Shown: piece after piece, positions 29,231-37,399 of the stretch
Layout of the letters: each line of letters starts with the position of its first letter
How positions within the stretch are numbered: the first letter of the stretch is position 1
Origin: a candidate division TM6 bacterium GW2011_GWF2_37_49
Lineage (GTDB): Bacteria > Babelota > Babeliae > Babelales > RVW-14
Length of the DNA: 64,000 nt
Reading direction: 5' to 3'
NCBI GenBank assembly: GCA_000989955.1
Contig: LBTE01000005.1
Span: forward strand, 22,405-86,404
Notes under the pieces: generated by a model
The model's database searches: none
Seen by the model: only the letters and a program-made list of their open reading frames with translations
What the model was told of the DNA's origin: nothing
Translations under genes and position numbers: made by a program

Positions 29231-31351
29231 TTATATTTTACTCAAATATTCAATAAAATCAGATGTCAGCTTTTGTCGAGAATGTTCTGGAAACATAGGC
29301 TTTTCGACCATTGTCCAGTCGTTGGATTTTGGCTCAATTAATCTTGAAAAACGATTCAACCATACGCCGTTATGATGCTTCAAGATATCTGCCGTAAGTT
29401 TAAAGCTGTCTGAGTTAGATAATTTTGAAAGCAGTAATACGCTTGAATGATGGGCTTTGATGTTGTTATTCGTAAACCATTCTTTGTGATAGCCAAACTC
29501 AGCATTAAACGAAAAAAGATAAAGTGGTTGATTTGGTCGGCTTAACCCCTTGTATAAGCCTTTGTAGAACCAGCTGCACAAAATATTCGGCATGTACAAG
29601 GCAACGATGCAATCTGGTATTTGCTTCTCAAATGCGTTTTTCAGCTGTGTTCCCAAATTGCATGCTTTGTTTTCAAGAAATGTAAAATATTTTTGAGATA
29701 ATTTGTTATTCATTAAAAAAGATATACCAGCATTAAACGTCATTGGACCAGGCTTTAAGTTTTGTTCTTTAAAAAATTCTGTGAAATTATTTTGAGTGAT
29801 GCCCATCGTTGTTAAAAAAATACCAGATGTTTTGCGACAATACATCTCTAAGTCAATCATTACACCGGATATTGCAATATTATTGCCTATTTCTGGCTTA
29901 TTCCATTGTTCAACAAATTTGGCAAATGGTATTTTCACTTCGTTTTTCCAAAAATCTTCATCCAGTGGGTCTGGTATGTCTTGATAATTATTTCCATAAA
30001 CATCGACTGCAAAAATTTTGGGAAGTCCCTTATCATAAAGATTATTTGCTATTTCAAATCCGATCAAAATTTTAGGAAAAGATGCGTTGGATTCTTTGAC
30101 TTCGTTTTTTAATTGGGCAGTAAAATTTTTAACAGTCTCTAACATTTTTTTTTCGTTGTCTTTTTGACGCGCGATTGGACTGTAATAACAATTGGGACAA
30201 ATGCTTAGCCAAAGCGTGTCAATTTTAGAGTTAACGATGTATTTTATGAGCTGCTTTTGTTGATCTATTTTATTATTTCTATTTGATTGAAGCTGTGTTG
30301 TTGTTGCTGCGACGTCTAAATCTTGTGGCTCAAAAATATTTAGCTCCATCCAGGCTGTTTTTTTCAATGATGGTTCATCTGAATTTAGGCATTGACCGGT
30401 TGTGTTTAACTTGTAGAAAGATACTGTTTTTGGCATTGATGGTGAATTGATTTGACTGCTAAAAAATAGATTTGTAGCTTGCGTAATTGTGTTACTCATC
30501 GCGCCTAAAAATTCATTGCGAAGGTTAAAATCCATCGGACAAAAGTGGCAGCTTTCGGTAATTCCAGAAAATGAAAGCAGTGAGTTATTAACAAGCAAAA
30601 TATGATTATTTTTGTTATTAAAATAAAGCCCATACGGAGTTGTTTCGTTAACGATTTCTGAAGAGCCAGAGCTTTGCGGCAAAAACTTTAATAGATCTTT
30701 ATTTTCAGCCAAAGCCTGTTTTATTTGATTTGTATAAAAATTCATACCGATATTTGGAAAACTAAGCGTTGTATGATATTTTCTGGGCCGGCTTTCAAGT
30801 GGCCTAGCTAAAAAATTGTTAGCCAGGAAGGTAAAGGCTTTTAGGTCATTATTTTGAGAGTGTGTTGTTGTAAAATTTGTATCCGTAAAAGTAAAATCTA
30901 GGCCATTCTCAGTAGGTACAAGAAATGGCTCAAATATTGGTTTAAATGTTGCAACTAAGTTTATCTCAGGATTAATGGTTATTGATGGAAAGCAAAGACC
31001 AATTAATTTATTTGGTAAGGTGCTGTATTTTTTAGCGATCTGTATTACTTTTTGAGAGATAGGTGATGATTGCAAGCCTTTTAAAAATTCTATACCAAAA
31101 ACAAAAAAGACTGATTGTTCATCTTCGGGCCTAATTTCACTTAAATCCATGTCCATCATTTTATCGAGTGGCACATATTTTAGATTCCAAAATTGATTAA
31201 TAACGTCTGTAAATGGCTTATTTACGCATAGCTCACGATTTGTAGTGTCAAAAAATATAAGACTTGGTTTTGGAATCGATAGTTGTTCAGCTTTAGTAGT
31301 AATTGCGATAAATAAAATAAAAAAGCAGGTTAACTTTTTACGCAAAAACAT
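29231..31351 (-). CDS. large hypothetical exported protein (706 aa)
   Basis: Signal peptide MFLRKKLTCFFILFIAITTKA. No domain recognised by eye. The C-terminal half (..ISGVMIDLEMY..) is faintly TIM-barrel/glycoside-hydrolase-like, which is not a supported call. Confidence 0.6.
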   Translation of the reverse strand: MFLRKKLTCFFILFIAITTKAEQLSIPKPSLIFFDTTNRELCVNKPFTDVINQFWNLKYVPLDKMMDMDLSEIRPEDEQSVFFVFGIEFLKGLQSSPISQKVIQIAKKYSTLPNKLIGLCFPSITINPEINLVATFKPIFEPFLVPTENGLDFTFTDTNFTTTHSQNNDLKAFTFLANNFLARPLESRPRKYHTTLSFPNIGMNFYTNQIKQALAENKDLLKFLPQSSGSSEIVNETTPYGLYFNNKNNHILLVNNSLLSFSGITESCHFCPMDFNLRNEFLGAMSNTITQATNLFFSSQINSPSMPKTVSFYKLNTTGQCLNSDEPSLKKTAWMELNIFEPQDLDVAATTTQLQSNRNNKIDQQKQLIKYIVNSKIDTLWLSICPNCYYSPIARQKDNEKKMLETVKNFTAQLKNEVKESNASFPKILIGFEIANNLYDKGLPKIFAVDVYGNNYQDIPDPLDEDFWKNEVKIPFAKFVEQWNKPEIGNNIAISGVMIDLEMYCRKTSGIFLTTMGITQNNFTEFFKEQNLKPGPMTFNAGISFLMNNKLSQKYFTFLENKACNLGTQLKNAFEKQIPDCIVALYMPNILCSWFYKGLYKGLSRPNQPLYLFSFNAEFGYHKEWFTNNNIKAHHSSVLLLSKLSNSDSFKLTADILKHHNGVWLNRFSRLIEPKSNDWTMVEKPMFPEHSRQKLTSDFIEYLSKI

Positions 31352-31518
31352 ATATCCCCCTCCCCTAAGCTCTTTTTCCCTTCAATCTAAAACTAGTAAA
31401 AACAGTTTCTAATAGTCAATTAATTTGATTAATAATTCCAATCAACGCCAATAAGTCGAATAATCCGAAGGATTGAATGTGGAGATAAAACATTGATTGA
31501 ATGAGGTATATCAGATGT

Positions 31519-31687
31519 TATGGCACTTTTTGCAATTTTTCCCAAACTCATTCGCCAGCCCTGACCCAATCAATGCCCGCCGGCGGGGTCTAAGATTTTA
31601 TCAATTTGCTGGCAAGGCCGATGCATGGCTAAAAAAGAAAGGGCATACATTGTGTATGCCCCTAAAAATCATATATTTGGCTGATGC
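31519..31687 (+). repeat. dispersed intergenic repeat family, copy F3 (hairpin subfamily)
   Basis: TATGGCACTTTTTGCAATTTTTCCCAAA..GACCCAATCAATGCCCGCCGGCGGGGTCTAAGATTTTATCAATTTGCTGGCAAGGCCGATGCATGGC..hairpin..CTAAAAATCATATATTTGGCTGATGC. Confidence 0.85.
31631..31661 (-). terminator. intrinsic terminator embedded in repeat copy F3 (serves the hydrolase locus)
   Basis: GGGCATACA-TTG-TGTATGCCC is a perfect 9-bp stem. On the minus strand it is followed by TTTCTTTTTT. It lies 34 nt past the stop at 31695. Confidence 0.75.
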
Positions 31688-31694
31688 TATATTT

Positions 31695-33188
31695 TTAAAT
31701 TTGGAATGGTTTTGTTAGGTGCTCCTCAATCCACTGTTTGTTAATTTTTATTCCAAAAAAGTCGTCACATGGTGTTGAGGTTAATGTCTGCAATGCGATT
31801 TGATAACGAGCTATCGCCTCATCTCTTTTCCCAAGAATATCAAGCATATGCCCTTGCCAAGCCTTAAAAAAATAATTGTACATAGCCCAGTTATCCGGCG
31901 ATGATTGCTTCATATATTCATCAGCATTTATTAATGAACTAAGGGCCTGTTCATAGCATTTGTTTTTGATTAGATGGAAGGCCATTGGCCCCCAAATAGA
32001 TTTGTCGAATGGACTTTCCTGGATTGCCAGCTCATAACATTCAAGTAAAGCCTTTTTATTTGCTTCTGATTGAGGCATAGATCTTACAACTGCAAATTTG
32101 CGCATCAGAGGAGATGGTGGTTCAGAAAATACAAGTCTATTGCCGGGTTTGCAAGCATAAGAAGTCCGTAATGCTGATTCTATAAATGTTTTGAGTAGCG
32201 CAAAAAATTTAACTGGTTCGTCAGCAAATATCTTGTGCCCTGATTTTTCAAAGTATTCAAATTGAGCATTCGGATGATTCTTGCGCATGAATTCAGCTTT
32301 GTCCGTATCCCAAGTCAAATCCCATTTCGCCTCAAAGATTAAAGTTGGTATCTAAAAATCATCGAATTTACCATCCAGGCTTATTTTAAAATATTCTTGG
32401 TTCATTAAATTATGAAATCCTGGAGCAGGGTTCCATTCATAAAGTGCTGTACGCGCAAATTCTTCAGGTGTTGGCTTGTAAAAATGCTGACGCTTCCAAT
32501 CTCCACAAATATCTTTATTGAAATTCGTTTGCATCAATCCAATTTTCCCATCTTCCTCGTCTGCATAAATTTTATTTATAGTAGTACGCTCTCCATCTGA
32601 AATAAACATTTGATCACGCCCAGGCTTCATTTCAACATTCGTAAGTCCATCGTCTGAAGCAATAAGCATTAAGCCTAAAACATGCTCTGGATAAGTTAGG
32701 GCATAACATTGAGCCAAGAATCCACCGTATGACCATCCAAGTACAAACCATTTATCCAAGCCTAACCTTGCTCGAAGTTGGTCTAAATCCTCAACAGCCT
32801 GTTTTATTGTATAAGTTTTTCCGGAATCATCTGCACTTGATTGCCCTGTACCTCTTTGATCGTAGTAAATGACTTGAGCAAATTTTGCAGCCTCAGAAAA
32901 GTACGGATGAAAAACATGATGTGAACCTCCAGGTCCACCGTTGATCAAAACCAGCGGCGTTCCGACACCTTCCTACTCGCAATAAAGACTTCCATTGTTA
33001 ATATCTAGCATCGACTTCTTCAATTCCATTATTTCATCGCAGAGTGGCGCAATTTTGGGAATATTCACAATCGTAGGTTCTATGTGCTCAATGCGATCAA
33101 GCACAGTTTCTCGGGCTGACTCCATGCCCATCAAGCAAGCTGGTGCCAGGACTAAAACCAAAATTTGAATGTGTTTAAATATATTCAT
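31695..33188 (-). pseudogene. secreted alpha/beta hydrolase (proline-iminopeptidase-like) with C-terminal helical/TPR-like domain, interrupted by two in-frame TAG codons
   Basis: The three track ORFs (32973-33188, 32352-32948, 31695-32318) share one frame. TAG at 32973-32975 splits ..SLYCE*EGVGTPLVLINGGPGG. TAG at 32352-32354 splits ..KFDDF*IPTLIFEAKWD. GWSYGG nucleophile, KWD Asp and SGH His motifs are all intact, and there are no frameshifts. Confidence 0.7.
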
Positions 33189-33434
33189 TGATAACCCCCA
33201 ATTTTATACATTTTTTAATACTTTTCAGCATATATTCGATTTTATCAAATTAAGGCGATTAGTCAAAAAGGGTTGGTTTAAGGGCATAAATCGCATTTTT
33301 TGGGGGTAAAATATGCCTAAATTCTTATGTTTTGGTTAATAATTGCAAAATGGCATCGCTAATGCCATAATGAGACTCAAAATGGAATTAGAGTTGCCAT
33401 TTTGCAGCTTAAATAAAAAAAATAGGAGCCTTTC

Positions 33435-34589
33435 ATGAAGTTTATTAAGCGTTTTTTTAATGAGCCATCTCAAAGTTTTTTTCTTTTTGGTCCGCGTGGA
33501 ACCGGCAAGTCGACCCTTGTCCGCGCGTGCTATCAAGATGCTTTGTGGATAGATTTGTTGAATCCAGAAATTTTGAGAAGTTATAGTGCCCGACCTGAAC
33601 GCCTATTCGACTTGGTCCGGGGTAATCCAGATAAAAAGATTATTGTGATTGACGAAGTTCAGAAGGTCCCATCATTGCTGAGTGTGGCGCATTCGCTGAT
33701 TGAAGAAGACAAGTCGTTGCAATTTATTCTCACCGGCTCAAGTTCCAGAAAAATTAAACAGGCTGGCGCCGATTTGTTGGCTGGCCGAGCGCTTCAACGG
33801 CATCTGCACCCGTTTATGGCTGCAGAACTGGGAGAAAGCTTTTCGTTAGAAAAAGCGCTCAATGTCGGAATGTTGCCTGTGCTTTTGGGTGCAACCGATT
33901 CACGCGACGCCCTCCAGGCGTACGTCGGGCTTTATTTAAAGGAAGAGATTCAAGCCGAGGGTTTGGTGCGTAATTTGGAGAGCTTTTCGCGTTTCTTGGA
34001 AATTGTTAGCTTTTCTCACGCAACCGTTTTAAACATCACAAACATTGCAAGAGAATGCGAGGTTAAGCGGAAGACCGTAGAAAATTATATTGAGATATTG
34101 GAAGAGTTATTGCTGGCGTACAAAGTCCCCGTGTTTTCTAAGCGAGCCCAGCGCGACATGAGTGTTCATCCTAAATTTTATCTTTTTGATGCGGGCGTTT
34201 TCCGCGCCCTGCGCCCAAAAGGTCCACTGGACCGGGCTGAAGAGATTGAAGGCGCGGCGCTGGAAGGGCTAGTTGTTCAGCATCTTCAAGCATGGAATGA
34301 TTACGGAACCGAAAAGCACGATATTGCGTTTTGGCGGACTCGTTCAGCTGTTGAAGTCGACGTTGTTGTTTATGGACCGCTTGGGTTTTGGGCTTTGGAA
34401 GTAAAAAACACAACAAAGATTCATAGTGCCGACACTAAGCCGCTAGAGGCGTTTTTGGTCGATTATCCGATGGCCAAGGGAATTTTGTTGTATCGAGGTA
34501 AGGAGCGGTTGCTACAAAAAGGTATTTTATGTCTTCCTTGCGATGAATTTTTGTCTGCATTGCGTCCAAATGAACCGCTATGGGAATGA
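33435..34589 (+). CDS. AAA+ ATPase (AAA_14-like) fused to DUF4143 / PD-(D/E)xK nuclease-like domain
   Basis: Walker A FGPRGTGKST and Walker B IIVIDEVQKVP. The C-terminus ..WRTRSAVEVDVVVYGPLGFWALEVKN has the E-x-D...E-x-K pattern. Visibly more G+C-rich than the flanks. The TGA stop abuts repeat copy F4. Confidence 0.8.
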   Translation: MKFIKRFFNEPSQSFFLFGPRGTGKSTLVRACYQDALWIDLLNPEILRSYSARPERLFDLVRGNPDKKIIVIDEVQKVPSLLSVAHSLIEEDKSLQFILTGSSSRKIKQAGADLLAGRALQRHLHPFMAAELGESFSLEKALNVGMLPVLLGATDSRDALQAYVGLYLKEEIQAEGLVRNLESFSRFLEIVSFSHATVLNITNIARECEVKRKTVENYIEILEELLLAYKVPVFSKRAQRDMSVHPKFYLFDAGVFRALRPKGPLDRAEEIEGAALEGLVVQHLQAWNDYGTEKHDIAFWRTRSAVEVDVVVYGPLGFWALEVKNTTKIHSADTKPLEAFLVDYPMAKGILLYRGKERLLQKGILCLPCDEFLSALRPNEPLWE

Positions 34590-34757
34590 ATGCCATTTCT
34601 TGCAGCTTTTCCAAAACCAATTCCGCAATCACGATCCAATCAATGCCCGCCGGCGGGGTCTAAAAAATTATTAATTTGCTGGCAAGGCCGATGCATGGCT
34701 AAAAAGTTAGGGACATACACAATGTATGTCCCTAAAAATCACATATTTGGCTGATGC
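34589..34757 (+). repeat. dispersed intergenic repeat family, copy F4 (hairpin subfamily)
   Basis: Nearly collinear with F3: ATGCCATTTCTTGCAGCTTTTCCAAAA..GATCCAATCAATGCCCGCCGGCGGGGTCTAAAAAATTATTAATTTGCTGGCAAGGCCGATGCATGGC..hairpin..CTAAAAATCACATATTTGGCTGATGC. Confidence 0.88.
34700..34733 (-). terminator. intrinsic terminator embedded in repeat copy F4 (serves the GNAT gene)
   Basis: AGGGACATACA-CA-ATGTATGTCCCT hairpin. On the minus strand it is followed by AACTTTTT. It lies 30 nt past the stop at 34763. Confidence 0.7.
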
Positions 34758-34762
34758 TGTGG

Positions 34763-35584
34763 TTATTGCACACAGCTTCTTACTGGTACAAATTTTGCGG
34801 CACAATCTTGAAGCGTACGAGATGTACTCATCAGATATTCATAAGCATAAAAGTACGATTTAATATGTCTTACAAATATATTAAAATTTCCATAATCCCT
34901 CTGGTATTGCGTAAAACCAAATGTTTTATAAATATCTATTGCTTTAGTATTGGAACAAAGAGCTTCTAAAATAATTCGATTGGCTTGCGGTAATAATTTT
35001 AAAATAGAACAAGACAAAACCTTGCTGAGCCCCCTACCTTGAGCCTCTTGCGTTACAGCGAGAGGGCCTAGTTCAACTGTGCCATACGCATGATCCTTAC
35101 CTACCTCGAACATGACAATGCCTAACAATTTTTCACTATCAAGTTCTCGTACCGTAAAGATAAAATGTACGGAATCATTTTTATTTAAGAGAGCTTCATC
35201 AATCCTACTTATGTAACTTTCATATATCCAATCTCGAAATTGCTTACCCTGGTAATACAGCTTTGCATGAACACATAACAAAAGCGGATTTAGGTTAATC
35301 AATGGATACGCCCTAGCCAATTCAAGGTCTGGAGCCTGCATAACATCAGCCATCGTATTTAAATCCTCGATATACGTTCCAGAGGAAATAATCTTACTAT
35401 CATTGGATATTACTTCTCCATCAACGCGCACTTTTGTACCCTTCTTGTCGACAACTATCCAAGGTCCAGATTGTTGGCAAGATAGAGCTTCTTGTACCCA
35501 TGCGCTGGACGGTTGAGCTGCACCCATCAAGCAGGCCGGAGCCATGACTAAAACGAAGATTTGAATGTTTTTAAACAATTTCAT
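34763..35584 (-). CDS. secreted GNAT-family N-acetyltransferase
   Basis: Signal peptide MKLFKNIQIFVLVMAPACLMGAAQPSSA. The C-terminal domain has GNAT motif A (LAVTQEAQGRGLSKVL) and ..KAIDIYKTFGF. Confidence 0.7.
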   Translation of the reverse strand: MKLFKNIQIFVLVMAPACLMGAAQPSSAWVQEALSCQQSGPWIVVDKKGTKVRVDGEVISNDSKIISSGTYIEDLNTMADVMQAPDLELARAYPLINLNPLLLCVHAKLYYQGKQFRDWIYESYISRIDEALLNKNDSVHFIFTVRELDSEKLLGIVMFEVGKDHAYGTVELGPLAVTQEAQGRGLSKVLSCSILKLLPQANRIILEALCSNTKAIDIYKTFGFTQYQRDYGNFNIFVRHIKSYFYAYEYLMSTSRTLQDCAAKFVPVRSCVQ

Positions 35585-35902
35585 TGATAACCCCCAATTT
35601 AAAATTCATGTTTATTGAAGTTTATTACGATTTTAAGCTTACCAGGCCAGCCCAAATAATCAAATGTACGTGAAATTGTGGCTTTGAATTCATAATAAAA
35701 CACTTTAAAACCAAGATAATCTTGACCGCGCATATTTTTATGCGTATTTTTTAACCATGGAACGGCCGAGCAACCGTCTATTTTGACCATGGGGTGGCTA
35801 GGTTAACCGTCGATTTTAACCGTGTGATGCTAAAATCATCCGTAAAAAACAACCATTTAGGTTCTATGGCATAAATTAAAAGCTATAAAATATTGGAAAA
35901 TT

Positions 35903-37258
35903 ATGAAGAGAATTATAGATTATTATCTTGCTGAATGGAAAAATTCTGAATTTAGAAAACCCTTATTATTGAGGGGCGCGCGACAGGTTGGTAAAACGCA
36001 TGCCGTGCGTGAGCTAGCGAAATTGTTTGATAATTTTGTTGAAATCAACTTTGAAGCTGATGCCGAGGTTAAGGATATTTTTGATCGAGATCTTGATCCG
36101 GTGCGCATTTCTCGAGCGCTTTCCCTTATCACAGGCAAATCGATTGAACCGGGTAAAACTCTACTTTTTTTTGATGAAATTCAAGGCGTTCCCAAGGCTT
36201 TAACAGCTCTGCGTTATTTTTATGAAAAGCTTCCGACTCAGCACATTATTGCTGCCGGATCGCTATTGGATTTCACGACTCAATCGGTTGGAATTCCGGT
36301 CGGAAGAGTATCTTCGTTGTACATGTATCCAGTGTCGTTTTTTGAATTTTTATGTGAATGTGGCCATACGTTACTTGCGCAGGAGATATTATCTCATTCA
36401 ATAGAAGCTTCAATGTCCGAACCGGTCCATCGCAAGCTGCTAGCTATTCTTGCGGAGTATTTGGCAATTGGTGGTATGCCAGAGGCTGTTGCTCTCTGGC
36501 AAATTAAAAGGGATCCGCTTCTTTGTTTGCAAGTTCATGATTCTTTAATTAGTACTTATCGCCAAGACTTTGGTAAATATGCAAAAAGTTTTCAGCTTAA
36601 ATACGTTGAAGCATTGTTTAATGCAATTCCACGCCAACTGGGCACAAAATTTAAATATAATGCAATAGACGGTGATTATCGTAAGCGAGAACTGGCGCCA
36701 TGTTTGGACTTGCTAACAACTGCTGGAATTATACATCCAATTTTACGAAGCGCAGGAAATGGGATTCCGTTGGGTGCAGAGGTAGATCCAGGTGATTTCA
36801 AGACAATTTTCCTGGATGTCGCATTGAGTCAAGCAATATTGGGTTTAGATTTAAAAACATGGTTTTTGCATCCTGATCAGGATTTTGTAAACAAGGGAGC
36901 CTTGATCGAGTCATTCGTTGGACAAGAGCTGCTTGCGTATGCTCATCCAGCCAAAAAAGAAAATCTGTTTTATTGGCGAAGAAATGCTTCAGGCAGTGAG
37001 GCCGAAGTCGATTACATTATTCAGGCGAATAGGCAAGTTGTTCCCGTTGAAGTTAAAAGTGGACTTGGAAGTACATTAAAAAGTATGCATATGTTTCTGG
37101 ACAGCCATCAGCAATCAACGCATGGCATAAGGTTTTCAACACACAATTATTCGGAGCATGCCAACATTCAATCATATCCATTGTATGCTATTGCACATGT
37201 TATTCTTGGAAATCAAATGGCTGAAAAAAAAGCGTATGAAGCTCTTGTTGAGCCATAG
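35903..37258 (+). CDS. AAA+ ATPase (AAA_14-like) fused to DUF4143 / PD-(D/E)xK nuclease-like domain
   Basis: Walker A LLLRGARQVGKTH and Walker B LLFFDEIQGVP. The C-terminus ..GSEAEVDYIIQANRQVVPVEVKSG has the D...E-x-K pattern. The TAG stop abuts repeat copy F5. Confidence 0.82.
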   Translation: MKRIIDYYLAEWKNSEFRKPLLLRGARQVGKTHAVRELAKLFDNFVEINFEADAEVKDIFDRDLDPVRISRALSLITGKSIEPGKTLLFFDEIQGVPKALTALRYFYEKLPTQHIIAAGSLLDFTTQSVGIPVGRVSSLYMYPVSFFEFLCECGHTLLAQEILSHSIEASMSEPVHRKLLAILAEYLAIGGMPEAVALWQIKRDPLLCLQVHDSLISTYRQDFGKYAKSFQLKYVEALFNAIPRQLGTKFKYNAIDGDYRKRELAPCLDLLTTAGIIHPILRSAGNGIPLGAEVDPGDFKTIFLDVALSQAILGLDLKTWFLHPDQDFVNKGALIESFVGQELLAYAHPAKKENLFYWRRNASGSEAEVDYIIQANRQVVPVEVKSGLGSTLKSMHMFLDSHQQSTHGIRFSTHNYSEHANIQSYPLYAIAHVILGNQMAEKKAYEALVEP

Positions 37259-37397
37259 TCATTTAGCTTCTGGGTTTTCTTTAGCTGTTCCGCCGGCAGG
37301 GTCTAAAAAATTATTAATTTACTGGCAAGGCCGATGCATGGCTAAAAAATAAAGGACATACTCAATGTATGTCCCTGAAAATCATATCTTTGGCTGA
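37259..37397 (+). repeat. dispersed intergenic repeat family, copy F5 (hairpin subfamily, internal ~35-nt deletion)
   Basis: TCATTTAGCTTCTGGGTTTTC..CCGCCGGCAGGGTCTAAAAAATTATTAATTTACTGGCAAGGCCGATGCATGGC..hairpin..CTGAAAATCATATCTTTGGCTGAC. Confidence 0.85.
37343..37374 (-). terminator. intrinsic terminator embedded in repeat copy F5 (serves murG)
   Basis: GGACATAC-TCAAT-GTATGTCC hairpin. On the minus strand it is followed by TTTATTTTTT. It lies 26 nt past the murG stop. Confidence 0.7.
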
Positions 37398-37399
37398 CA

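Noticed and set aside
31497..31718. ORF 31497-31718 (+), and similarly 34435-34632 (-), 37158-37352 (+) and 19202-19507 (+)
   Set aside because: Each is mostly a translation of a copy of the intergenic repeat, of a terminator, or of the antisense of a real gene end. The same sequence is untranslatable in other copies.
31695..33188. Genome-wide reassignment of TAG (for example to pyrrolysine or another sense reading) as the explanation for the two in-frame TAGs
   Set aside because: TAG clearly terminates well-conserved genes in this window. asnS ends TAG-TAG at 58983-58988. The TPR gene ends TAG then TAA. The dciA-like, channel and ATPase 2 genes also end at TAG at their expected lengths. Only local read-through or a pseudogene remain plausible.
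33336..33536. ORF 33336-33536 (-) and ORF 35599-35790 (-) in the divergent promoter regions of the two ATPase genes
   Set aside because: They have no SD, they overlap the ATPase start regions or candidate operator repeats, and their compositions are basic or low-complexity.
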